Below are positions 9,488-19,149 of a stretch of DNA of 46,062 nucleotides, piece after piece. Source of the DNA: Promethearchaeota archaeon (GTDB lineage Archaea > Asgardarchaeota > Lokiarchaeia > Sigyniarchaeales > SOKP01). A program made the position numbers and the translations under genes. Numbering within the stretch: position 1 is the first letter of the stretch; every line of letters starts with the position of its first letter. Location of the stretch: contig RDOE01000019.1 in assembly GCA_011364975.1 (NCBI GenBank), positions 1 to 46,062 on the forward strand. Reading direction: 5' to 3'. The notes under the pieces are model-generated. The model was not told the origin of the DNA and ran no database searches. It saw only the letters and a list, made by a program, of their open reading frames with translations.

Positions 9488-10927
9488 ATGATTCAAATAG
9501 AACAAATCCTTCAAGAAATTCTAAAGGAAATTCTCCCAACTCCTCAAGATCTAGACACTATAAACCAAATTATTGAATTATTAAAAAATTCATTAAGTAA
9601 AAAAGCAACAGAATTAAACATACGCTATACAGATATTCAACCTCAAGGTTCAACAGGGATAAAACAAACTCATTTAAAGGATGATTTTGATATTGATTTG
9701 TTTATAGGCTTGGATTATGCATTATACAAACCCAAATATGACGGCTTAACAAAAAATAAATTAAAAAAAGCATCAAAGAAGGATTTTTTAAGGCTCTGTA
9801 AAGACTGGATTTTGAAAGCATTAACAGGTAAAAACTTTACTAACCCCAAGTTACTTTATGCGGAGCACCCCTATGTTTCAATCAATTATAATTACCATGA
9901 ATTAATAGTTAAAGTGGATATTGTATTATATTTTGACTTAGATCTCAAATATATAATGGAAAATGGACCCATCACTGCTGTGGATAGGTCTCCATGGCAC
10001 GGCCGTTTTGTTCGAGATAATCTTACAGCTAAACAAAAAAATGATGTGAGATTACTAAAGCAATTTTTCATCGCAAATCACTGCTACGGAGATAAAAGTG
10101 CAGTAGGGAACATTGGTTTTATAGGCTATAGTGCTGAATTATTAATATATCATTATAAAGATATTTTAAATCTTTTCCAAAATTTTGGGAATTTAATATC
10201 TACCCCTTTAGATCCTTTTAATAGATCCTTAGATGAATTAAAAGAAATTCATCATTTTCAAAATGATGCATTAATCATAATAGACCCAATTGACAAAAAT
10301 CGAAATGTGGCCTCAGCAATATCAAAACGGGCTTATAATTATTGCAATTATCGAATTAATCAATTTTTGAATAATCCTAAACGAGAATTCTTTGAAATCA
10401 AAGAGATAGAAATAGATACTCTTACTGATGTTGATAATCTATTCGTAATCGAATGTCTTGGTAGTAATGAAGAAATACACTATACTATTTTAAGAGATAA
10501 GCTATATTCACTCTGTGAATCAATTAAAGCTAATGCCGAGAAAGAATTTTCTCATGCAGAGCGGTTTGGACGAGTAGAATATGAAATTTATTTTGAGGAA
10601 ATGAATTCTGAATATAATATTATCTTATATTGTGAATCCCCCGTAATAAACAAGACATTTGTACGAAAAGGGCCATCAATAACTGATTATCACCACTCAA
10701 AAAACTTTAAAGCCAAAAATCTAGCTTACTTCGAACAAGATGGTTATTTATGGGTAGAAACTCAAAGGGAATATTCTGATTTCTTACAATTTTTAAAAGA
10801 CTTTATTAAAGACAAAATGCCAGAGGGAATGACTTTAATTAATATATCAAAAGCGAAAGAAACTCAAACTAAATCCGCAAAGAAGGCTATAACTGTATTA
10901 AAACATATGGTTATGCCTTTTCTTTAA
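9488..10927 (+). CDS. cca: Class I (archaeal) CCA-adding tRNA nucleotidyltransferase
   Basis: QGS...DFDIDLF nucleotidyltransferase motif, YAEHPYV, TAVDRSPWH, VRLLKQF, GFIGYSAELLI, DPIDKNRNVASA. Confidence 0.95.
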   Translation: MIQIEQILQEILKEILPTPQDLDTINQIIELLKNSLSKKATELNIRYTDIQPQGSTGIKQTHLKDDFDIDLFIGLDYALYKPKYDGLTKNKLKKASKKDFLRLCKDWILKALTGKNFTNPKLLYAEHPYVSINYNYHELIVKVDIVLYFDLDLKYIMENGPITAVDRSPWHGRFVRDNLTAKQKNDVRLLKQFFIANHCYGDKSAVGNIGFIGYSAELLIYHYKDILNLFQNFGNLISTPLDPFNRSLDELKEIHHFQNDALIIIDPIDKNRNVASAISKRAYNYCNYRINQFLNNPKREFFEIKEIEIDTLTDVDNLFVIECLGSNEEIHYTILRDKLYSLCESIKANAEKEFSHAERFGRVEYEIYFEEMNSEYNIILYCESPVINKTFVRKGPSITDYHHSKNFKAKNLAYFEQDGYLWVETQREYSDFLQFLKDFIKDKMPEGMTLINISKAKETQTKSAKKAITVLKHMVMPFL

Positions 10928-11052
10928 AAAAAAATATCCAATTTTTAAGATTTATAGCCTAAAAACATAAAATTTTTATGATTTAGAATATTTGGTTCCT
11001 CAAATATTACATTTCATGAATATCGAAATAACTAAATTAATGTGAATTAACT

Positions 11053-13314
11053 ATGGTTAAAGTTAAAGACCCTGAAATAATTCAAAGAATGGTTCTTAGC
11101 ACAAACTACAAAAAAAAGCGGATCTTTTCGATCACTGCTCATATAGATCATGGAAAAACAACAGCTTCTGATTATTTGTTAAGAAGAGCTGGATTAATGA
11201 GACCAGAAGATGCTGGACAACTCCAGATGACTGATTCAGATGATGAGGAGCAAGAGCGAGGGATTACAATTTTTACAAGTGTTGTTTTACTCTCATTTAC
11301 AGACACTAGACATCCCGATGATACTGAACCATATATTTTCCAAATTAATGATACACCAGGACACATATCTTTTACTGGGGAAGTTTCAAGAGCTTTAAGA
11401 GGTTCTGATGGTGCTGTTATCTTAGTTGATGCCCTAGAAGGAGTAATGACTCAAACGGAAACTAATATACGCTTATCTGTGGGACAAGAACTCTGTAAGC
11501 CTGTTTTATTTATTAATAAAGTAGATCGATTAATTAGTGAATTAAAATTAAGTCCTCAAGACACCTATGCGAGAATAGATAAGATTACTAAACAAGTGAA
11601 TGATTTAATTAAAAAGATTCGCCCTGATGGTGAAGCATTTGAAGACTGGGGAGTGGATTTCGCAAAAAATTCGGTAGCGGTTGGATCGGCAAAACATGGC
11701 TGGGGATTCACTTATGAAATTCTTAAAGAAAAGGGATTTACTCCTATTACAGTGTTTGAAAAATATAATGAAGGCGATATTCTATGGCTAAGAGAAAATC
11801 TCCCACTAGACGAACCGATGCTAAGAATGGTTGTTGACCATTTACCCGATCCGGTTACAGCAGCAAAATATAGAATTCCCAAAATCTGGGGAGGAGACTT
11901 AAATTCTAAATTAGGTCAAGCTCTCATCAAAAGCGACCCAAATGGACCTCTATACGGAATGATAACCAAAATCTTTCTGGATCCAAAGAGAGGATATCAA
12001 GCCACGCTCATTGGGCGTGTGTTTTCAGGGACTTTTGATCAGACAGATACAATTTATTTAGTAAATAACAGAGCAACCAGTAGAGTAAAACGGCTTGGGG
12101 TCATGGAAATTACAGATATATTAGATCTTCCGAGAGTTCCGGCAGGAAATTTGTTTGCCTTATATGGGTTTATCAGTCCTTCAGGTGAAACCTTTATGTC
12201 TTTAGAAGATGTTCCTAAAGATAAAGAAGCAGCAAACCAATTACCCGCCTTTGAAAAAATACAATATGCTTGTGAGCCAGTGGTTTCAAGAAGTATAAAG
12301 TCAAAAGATCCACACGAAATTGATAAATTAGATGATGTTGTCAGCAAATGGCTCAAAGCGGATCCTACTGCCGAATATAGGTTAGATAAGGAATCCGGAG
12401 AATTTATTTTAAGTGGGATAGATCCTCTCCAAATTGAAATACTAACTAAAAGAATTAATGTTCAGGTGCCTATTATTATTGGAGAACCAATAATTGTGTA
12501 CCGAGAAAAGATTTCCAAAAGGAGTAAGGATTTTTATACCAAGTCTGCTAATACACATAACCGTATGCTTTTATATGTTGAACCTCTGGATGAAAAAACT
12601 GAAAAACTAATAGAGACGGGTAAAATTACAGACTTGCAAAATGAAAAAGAAAGAGCCCAGGTACTTCGAGAAGAAGCAGGATGGGATGCTAAAGAAGCGA
12701 GACGTATTGTTGATGTATATCATGGAAGTTTATTAGTCAATGGAACTTCTGGGTTACAAAGATTTGATCGGGTCAAGTCGTATCTCACTGCAGCATTTAG
12801 GGATTGGTTAGGAGCTTGTATTATTGCAAAAGAACCCGCAGCAGGATTCAAAATCGTTTTTACAGATATGACTATCCATGAAGATCCACGTCATACCCAA
12901 TATGGACAGATTGCTGGAATGGCTTTCTCTGCGATGTCTTTGGCCATGTTAGATGCTGAGCCACACCTCTATGAACCTATTCAAATAATCGATGTCAAAA
13001 CACCAGAAGGAACTGAAGGGAGTGTAAGCACAATTGTTAGTAAACGACGAGGACGAATTATGAATATAGTCCCCGAAGGAGAATATGTTCGAGTACATGG
13101 TGAAATTCCTGCAGCAGAAACGATTGGAATCGCTGATGATATTAGAGGTTCCACTCAAGGAAGAGCATTTTTCGGATATGAATTTGCAGGTTTTGAAAAA
13201 GTTCCAGCCAATATGGAAGAAGAACTTATTTTAGAAATCCGTAAAAGAAAAGGAATGCCTGTAGAATTACCTAGCACTAAGAGCTGGGAACGATTTATAT
13301 ATAAAAAGACTTAA
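11053..13314 (+). CDS. Elongation factor EF-2 family GTPase with non-canonical diphthamide loop (probable aEF-2 paralog)
   Basis: AHIDHGKTT, EQERGITI, DTPGH, NKVD, EPIIVYRE, IRGSTQGRA. Domain IV loop reads HEDPRHTQYGQ. Not adjacent to ribosomal protein genes. Confidence 0.93.
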   Translation: MVKVKDPEIIQRMVLSTNYKKKRIFSITAHIDHGKTTASDYLLRRAGLMRPEDAGQLQMTDSDDEEQERGITIFTSVVLLSFTDTRHPDDTEPYIFQINDTPGHISFTGEVSRALRGSDGAVILVDALEGVMTQTETNIRLSVGQELCKPVLFINKVDRLISELKLSPQDTYARIDKITKQVNDLIKKIRPDGEAFEDWGVDFAKNSVAVGSAKHGWGFTYEILKEKGFTPITVFEKYNEGDILWLRENLPLDEPMLRMVVDHLPDPVTAAKYRIPKIWGGDLNSKLGQALIKSDPNGPLYGMITKIFLDPKRGYQATLIGRVFSGTFDQTDTIYLVNNRATSRVKRLGVMEITDILDLPRVPAGNLFALYGFISPSGETFMSLEDVPKDKEAANQLPAFEKIQYACEPVVSRSIKSKDPHEIDKLDDVVSKWLKADPTAEYRLDKESGEFILSGIDPLQIEILTKRINVQVPIIIGEPIIVYREKISKRSKDFYTKSANTHNRMLLYVEPLDEKTEKLIETGKITDLQNEKERAQVLREEAGWDAKEARRIVDVYHGSLLVNGTSGLQRFDRVKSYLTAAFRDWLGACIIAKEPAAGFKIVFTDMTIHEDPRHTQYGQIAGMAFSAMSLAMLDAEPHLYEPIQIIDVKTPEGTEGSVSTIVSKRRGRIMNIVPEGEYVRVHGEIPAAETIGIADDIRGSTQGRAFFGYEFAGFEKVPANMEEELILEIRKRKGMPVELPSTKSWERFIYKKT

Positions 13315-13400
13315 TTTTTTACACTGTTAAATTTTATTTTAAATTTCTTATTTTCTCAGTTTTAATATGATAGTTCCTTCAAGTTAATTAGTAAAAATTC

Positions 13401-14114
13401 TTATTGATGAAAAAGCTTAATCAATTCCTCAGTATTATCAACTAAGATGTCAGGATTATGATTCTGTAGATCTTCTTTTTGAGCTAAACCACTTGCAACA
13501 CAAATCATCATGACTTTAGATGTTTTTCCAGCATCTACATCACTAGTCATATCACCAATGAAGATAACATCTTTAGGTTTCATTTTCCATCGTTTTAAAA
13601 TGAGAAATATCCCTTCAGGGTTAGGCTTTGTTTCAGAAACATCATTAAATCCGACTATATAATTAAAGTATTTGTTTAAATTATATTTCTGAAGAACTTC
13701 CTCAGCGTAGGTACTTTTATTATTAGTTAATATTGCTAACTTTATTTTCCTTTTAGAAAGATATTCAATAAGATTATCCATTCCCTTAAATAAAGTCGAT
13801 TCAGCATCTTTATATTTATTAAATTGAGTAAATAAATAGATTCCTATACGTAATTTTTTAAAATAACTCATTCCTTCCATGAAATTAATTTTTAATAAAT
13901 TGTATGAATTTAAAATGATTTCTGGAACGGGATAGTTTTGAAGGTCTTCAATAAGATGAGCTATTTCTTGCATGATTTCATTTTTATCAACATTCAATTT
14001 ATATTTTTCAACCGTATCCTCAACAGATTTTTTGATCGCCCCTGTAATGTCATATATTACACCATCTAAATCAAAAATTATCCCCTTATAATTTTCAAGA
14101 TTCAACTGCTTCAT
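13401..14114 (-). CDS. HAD-superfamily hydrolase (phosphoglycolate phosphatase-like)
   Basis: FDLDGV motif I, LTNN motif II, KP motif III, GDMTSDV motif IV. Confidence 0.9.
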   Translation of the reverse strand: MKQLNLENYKGIIFDLDGVIYDITGAIKKSVEDTVEKYKLNVDKNEIMQEIAHLIEDLQNYPVPEIILNSYNLLKINFMEGMSYFKKLRIGIYLFTQFNKYKDAESTLFKGMDNLIEYLSKRKIKLAILTNNKSTYAEEVLQKYNLNKYFNYIVGFNDVSETKPNPEGIFLILKRWKMKPKDVIFIGDMTSDVDAGKTSKVMMICVASGLAQKEDLQNHNPDILVDNTEELIKLFHQ

Positions 14115-14239
14115 ACTATTTTGATAAATGATTTAACGTATTTTTATTTATTCCAATCTTAAAGTTTATAGAACTGAAGAATCTTATTATTATTAGTCAC
14201 ATATAAGTATTTCACTAATCATCGATAATAAGGAAAAAT

Positions 14240-15151
14240 ATGAGTGATGACCAAGAACCTCAAGATGAAGAAATAGAAAATGATAATGAATCAACTGAGA
14301 TTGAAGAGGATGATCTTAAGTCCTATCTCTCTGAAATGAAATCTTTAGAAACAGATTTTTCAGATTTAGATGATCTCGATTTTGAAGAGATAAAAGAAAT
14401 GCAAGAAGCAATTTTAAAAGTTAAAGAAATGGAATCTCTTGGAATCGAACCTCAGCTTCCAAAAGATATTGAAGATGGTGAGAAGGTAGATTCCCTCACC
14501 CAACAAACTGAAGCTGAAGAATATTTAGCACAACGAGAAGCTATGATCACTGATTTTTCTGATCTTGAAGAATTAGATTTCGATGAACTAAGAGAGATGA
14601 AAGAAGCTATTGAGACGGTCAAACAAGAGGAAATACAATCCTCGTCTGGCGAGATTTCAGAAAATTTTGCGAGTTCTGGAATTTCTAGTGAGTTACAAGA
14701 TAGGATTAAACAAGAATTATTAGAAAGAAAGGAAGAAAAAGAAAAGAAAATCATTACTCCTGAGAAATTTTTGGAGTATGCTAAAGGGAGAAGAGATAAA
14801 ATCTGGTACCATGCTCTCTATTACCTTGTATTTAATGCTGAAGATAATGAAGCCAGTAAAGAGTTATTGTACGAAATGCTAAAAGAGGTTACCAGTAAAA
14901 GTCCTATTGATCCTATTCAAGAGCATCAATTTTATTTTGGTCTTGGATATATCTTGCGATTAAACCTAAATGAAAAACAGATTGTTCGATTTTTAAGGGG
15001 AGGTAAATTTAAAATAAATATAGGATTAAAGGGTTTGAAAGAAATGCTAGAAGAAATAGGAGCGCCGATTAGCACACGACCTGTTTTGGAGGAAGAAGAG
15101 AAAAGAGAGATGTTTATAGATTTCCTTAAAGATGATTTTACTGATATTTAA
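14240..15151 (+). CDS. Hypothetical acidic protein with two ~35-aa internal repeats and a possible C-terminal winged-helix domain
   Basis: 303-aa ORF with a D/E-rich N-terminal half containing TDFSDLxxLDFxExxEMxEAI twice, and a globular C-terminus. Confidence 0.8.
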   Translation: MSDDQEPQDEEIENDNESTEIEEDDLKSYLSEMKSLETDFSDLDDLDFEEIKEMQEAILKVKEMESLGIEPQLPKDIEDGEKVDSLTQQTEAEEYLAQREAMITDFSDLEELDFDELREMKEAIETVKQEEIQSSSGEISENFASSGISSELQDRIKQELLERKEEKEKKIITPEKFLEYAKGRRDKIWYHALYYLVFNAEDNEASKELLYEMLKEVTSKSPIDPIQEHQFYFGLGYILRLNLNEKQIVRFLRGGKFKINIGLKGLKEMLEEIGAPISTRPVLEEEEKREMFIDFLKDDFTDI

Positions 15152-15183
15152 TTTTTTTGCAAAAGGTTAATTTTAGAGATACA

Positions 15184-15819
15184 ATGGCACAAAAACCTTC
15201 TCTTTTAATTATTGGAAACTCAAATGTAGGAAAAACATCTATTACGAAATTGCTTTTACCAAATCCAAAAGACTTTAAAGGAAAAACTGGTAAAAATCCT
15301 GGCAGTACAATGTTGATTAAAACTATTTCTCAACCTAATTTACAATATAAAATTTCAGATTTACCCGGATTTGGTTATATCAAAGGGTCTAGCAGAAGGA
15401 GAGAAGAGCATACTAAAAAACAATTAGTAATTCATATAGAAAAAAATTATTCAGAATACTTTTTTTCCCTAGTAGTTATTAATATATTAAGAATTGAAGA
15501 TGAGCTAACTAAATATCATGATTCAAAATCTAACACTATACCACTGAGTTATGAATTAATCCAATTCATTAAAGAATTTAAGCTACCCATTCTTGTAGTT
15601 ATAAATAAAGTTGATAAAGTCTCAGATTTCCACAAAAATAGAATAATATCGTTATTCATAGAAAAAGCGAAGACGTATAACATATTCTTGTCTCCGTTAA
15701 CGAAAATTGGAGAATCTGGAGTTATAATTCCATATATAGAATTTTCAGCAATCAAGAAGTTAAATTTAGACATACTCAAAAACATTATAAATTTTCATTT
15801 ATCGAAAAAAAATAAATAA
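15184..15819 (+). CDS. EngB/YihA-family GTP-binding protein
   Basis: G1 GNSNVGKTS, G2 PGST, G3 DLPGFG, G4 NKVD, G5 SAI. ATG at 15184 preferred over TTG at 15157. Confidence 0.85.
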   Translation: MAQKPSLLIIGNSNVGKTSITKLLLPNPKDFKGKTGKNPGSTMLIKTISQPNLQYKISDLPGFGYIKGSSRRREEHTKKQLVIHIEKNYSEYFFSLVVINILRIEDELTKYHDSKSNTIPLSYELIQFIKEFKLPILVVINKVDKVSDFHKNRIISLFIEKAKTYNIFLSPLTKIGESGVIIPYIEFSAIKKLNLDILKNIINFHLSKKNK

Positions 15820-15873
15820 GTTTGAAGAAAAGTTCCATCCAAGTTTACGATTTTAAATTAGACAGAAAAACTG

Positions 15874-17163
15874 TTAAGGATGAACAATTTTGGGGTCATT
15901 ATTCTCGTCCCAATTGACCGCAAATAAGAAATCCCTACTTGCTTCATTTGTGTAGATTAAGGGAAAACCACTCATCTCCTCAAATTTTAACGCTATCTGA
16001 TATAAGTAGTTATAATCTGGAAAATAATATTGGAGCGGTTCTTGACTTTTTAGTCGATTCTTAATCAAGAGTGCTTTCGCTTGAAGTGTAAATCCTTTAA
16101 TTTCAAAAAATGTAGGATTAGCTCTTTCAATTAATTTAATATATTCAGGAATCATACTCAAGGCTAAATTAAGGTTCTTTACCGCTGTTAGTCTAATGAC
16201 TGTTCTACAGGTTAACGAATTTATAAGATTTAGAGATTCAATCAGATTATTCCAGCCATCTTTTATCATAGGTCGACAGGTTTTTTTATATAATTTTTCA
16301 TTACAAGCTGGAAGAGTTATATATAATTGTGATGGTAAAGAAGATAAACTTTCAATAGCTTTTGGTAAAGTACCATTGGAGACAATAAAAGTAGTCATTT
16401 GTCTGTTCCTAAATTCTTGAACATACTCATTAATTTTTGGATATAATAGGGGTTCTCCGTCTAATGATATTGCAGCATGGTTGGGAGTCATCGCTTCATA
16501 ATGAGTGGTCATTATTTCTTCGGGTGTTGTTAATTCTCTATTGATAAGCATTTGAATTTCTTCTTTAGAATCAATGCAACAAGAAATTTCATCATCTATT
16601 TTGTAATTATTCAATATTTCATCAGTGTTATTAATAAATCTCTGATTTTTTAATAGGCTTACAGCACGCTCTATTTTATTCTTACTAATGTGTAATGTTT
16701 GAGAAAGGGAATTTATATTATGCTGTTCTTTTTTAGTCAACATATAGTACATAATATCATTCATAATCTCATAATTGTCAAGATAACGTCGAAGCGGTAA
16801 ATGATTTTTAAGAATGTCCTGTTGATGACGTATCATTTCATCAATTATTTCTTTAGGATCATCGGGGTCAACAACAAAATCTCCTCCCAGGGCTCCTAAT
16901 TCAATATCACGCCAACAAAAAACACATTGATGGTTACAAAAAGGTAAAGAAGGAGTATTTTGTAAGCAACGATGACTTTCTACTCCAAAAATGCCTTTAT
17001 AACAGTTTCTATTTGATCTTCCGGTTAACAATTTCTGCTCTAACCAATGACATGGTTTTAGCGCTGAATGTTTATTAGGACCAATAATCCTATAAGTTGT
17101 TTTAGTATATGTCTCTACAAATTCATTTGTAATTTTACCATTTTCGATGAAATTCGATTTCAT
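15874..17163 (-). CDS. taw1: 4-demethylwyosine synthase Taw1/TYW1 (radical SAM) with internal insertion
   Basis: HSALKPCHW, CYK (Schiff-base Lys), SHRCLQNTP, CNHQCVFCWR (CxxxCxxC), HAAISLDGEP, TTFIVSNGT, QLYITL. Confidence 0.93.
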   Translation of the reverse strand: MKSNFIENGKITNEFVETYTKTTYRIIGPNKHSALKPCHWLEQKLLTGRSNRNCYKGIFGVESHRCLQNTPSLPFCNHQCVFCWRDIELGALGGDFVVDPDDPKEIIDEMIRHQQDILKNHLPLRRYLDNYEIMNDIMYYMLTKKEQHNINSLSQTLHISKNKIERAVSLLKNQRFINNTDEILNNYKIDDEISCCIDSKEEIQMLINRELTTPEEIMTTHYEAMTPNHAAISLDGEPLLYPKINEYVQEFRNRQMTTFIVSNGTLPKAIESLSSLPSQLYITLPACNEKLYKKTCRPMIKDGWNNLIESLNLINSLTCRTVIRLTAVKNLNLALSMIPEYIKLIERANPTFFEIKGFTLQAKALLIKNRLKSQEPLQYYFPDYNYLYQIALKFEEMSGFPLIYTNEASRDFLFAVNWDENNDPKIVHP

Positions 17164-17332
17164 ATCAATGAGCCATGAGATATTGTTAGTATCCTACTAG
17201 TTTATAATTATAGGTAAATGTATCTAATTTATATATTAAAAATTATCATTTAGTTTTATAAGTGAGGAAATAAATAGAAGCCCACTTATAAAATATAATC
17301 AATATGCATTAAAATATTCAGAATGATAAAGC

Positions 17333-18211
17333 ATGTTAAATCGAATAAAGAGCGAATTATTGAATTTTGGACTTAAATTTATAAGTATTGATGATAAAAT
17401 AGTAAGAATGCTATTAGAAACTGCTCCCTCTAATATAAATGAAATTGTAATAATGCCCGCTGTTAAAATGTTTATGAAGAAATTAGTACAAAAATTACAG
17501 AATAAAACTGCATATGGTAGAGTATATAATGGTTTATTAAATGGAGTGAAGGTAAGTATTATTCGATCTCAAGTAGGTTGTCCAAATGCGGCGTTAACAG
17601 TTGAATGTTTAAAAAGAACTAAAGCAAAAGCCATAATTCGTATAGATTTTTGCGGAGGAATTACCTCTAATAGTAATGATATTGAGATTGGTAACATTAT
17701 TATTCCGAAAAAAGCTTATTGCGATGAGGGAACAAGTCCTCAATATATAAGAACAAATCCCTATATAATAAACCAAAATGAAAAGATTGAAAACCCCGTT
17801 TTATTAACCCAAAATTTGGAAACTGGCAATAAAACTATTTTTATCTCAAAACCACATGAACCTCTTAAAAATTTATTGTTAAACGAAGCAAAGAAATTTG
17901 ATCCAAATAAAACTAAGGAAGTGAATCTATGGACTACCGATGCCTTGTTCTGTGAAGATGTTGAATTTATTAGAGCCCTTCAGACTATTAATGTAAAAGC
18001 AATTGATATGGAATCGTCCATCCTTTTCTTGTTAGGACAACTTTATAACTTAAAAACGGCTTCAATATTATCAGTTTCAGACCTTCCTGGACATCCACAA
18101 TATGACCTATTTCAATCTAACGAAATTCATCCGGAAATGGAAAATGGAATTAACAAAGTTATTAAAATTTTAATAAATTGTCTTCCAGAAATACAACATT
18201 CAATGATTTAA
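17333..18211 (+). CDS. Nucleoside phosphorylase (PNP/UDP family 1)
   Basis: VGCPNAA, IRIDFCGG, DEGTSPQY, WTTDALF, AIDMESS, SVSD. Confidence 0.85.
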   Translation: MLNRIKSELLNFGLKFISIDDKIVRMLLETAPSNINEIVIMPAVKMFMKKLVQKLQNKTAYGRVYNGLLNGVKVSIIRSQVGCPNAALTVECLKRTKAKAIIRIDFCGGITSNSNDIEIGNIIIPKKAYCDEGTSPQYIRTNPYIINQNEKIENPVLLTQNLETGNKTIFISKPHEPLKNLLLNEAKKFDPNKTKEVNLWTTDALFCEDVEFIRALQTINVKAIDMESSILFLLGQLYNLKTASILSVSDLPGHPQYDLFQSNEIHPEMENGINKVIKILINCLPEIQHSMI

Positions 18212-18217
18212 GAAAAA

Positions 18218-19120
18218 TTACAATCCTTTTAATAATCTTGAAAAGTCAGGTTCTTTAAAGAATTTGTTGTACTCTTTTAGTAATTCTATATTAACTAAAT
18301 GGATTTTCTCATTGTTTTTATTGAGGACTGATCTAACTAAATCTAACTCTTTCAACTTTTTGATATGATATTGAACTGTACCGGAATACACATCAAGATT
18401 TTCCCCCACTTTTGAAATAGCAATACTTTCATCATTTAGTAGCTCCTGAATAATTTGATAGATTAGTGGATTTAGAAAGATAATCTTGTAGTTATCATAA
18501 TCTTCGGGTACATCTGCTAAAAAGTAATGAAGAGATTTACCTATTTTTCTAGAACGGATTAATTTAAACCTCTCAAGAGTCATAATATGTTTTAAGAAGG
18601 GAGTTCTTGTGATATTTAGTTCTGATTCTATGCTATCATCTCTTGCATGAATTCCTGGATGGTCTCTAATAAAATTTAATATAGTTACTAATTTCTCATT
18701 ATTTAATACTTCTAATTTTGTTCTACGTTCGTTAGTCACAATCCAATTTTTCTCATCTAAACTTCTTATAGCAAGAAATAATTCTTCTTTACTATAGCCT
18801 TTTTTATATGCTAATTTTGCGATACATTTAGCATATAATTTTTCTATAATTGGGAATTTTTGTAATTCTGCTTCAGTATCAACATCAAGATCAAAATCAG
18901 CTTCATATCTTTTCAATTTTAAAATATTTTTAGCAACCTTTAAAACATCAGCCTCAATTTCAGTTAATTCTTCAACTAGAGCTTCCCTGTCAATTATTTC
19001 TTCCTTTTTTAATTCTTTAACTTCACCAAGTGGTCTGAAATCTTTACGCCTAAATGCACTTTCCTCTAAATTTTTTTCCTCTCCTGACTCCTTGGTTTCT
19101 CTTCTTTTTTCAAGCGACAT
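18218..19120 (-). CDS. Multi-winged-HTH DNA-binding protein / transcriptional regulator
   Basis: FIRDHPGIHARD...HIMTLERFKLIRS and GTVQYHIKKLKELDLV form tandem wHTH patterns typical of archaeal double-HTH regulators. Confidence 0.75.
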   Translation of the reverse strand: MSLEKRRETKESGEEKNLEESAFRRKDFRPLGEVKELKKEEIIDREALVEELTEIEADVLKVAKNILKLKRYEADFDLDVDTEAELQKFPIIEKLYAKCIAKLAYKKGYSKEELFLAIRSLDEKNWIVTNERRTKLEVLNNEKLVTILNFIRDHPGIHARDDSIESELNITRTPFLKHIMTLERFKLIRSRKIGKSLHYFLADVPEDYDNYKIIFLNPLIYQIIQELLNDESIAISKVGENLDVYSGTVQYHIKKLKELDLVRSVLNKNNEKIHLVNIELLKEYNKFFKEPDFSRLLKGL

Positions 19121-19149
19121 TTTTACTCAGAAAGGTTCTAGTTAAGAAC

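Noticed and set aside
16528-16803. Taw1 insertion as an intein
   Set aside because: No N-terminal Cys/Ser block A, no His-Asn/Cys junction and no LAGLIDADG motif.
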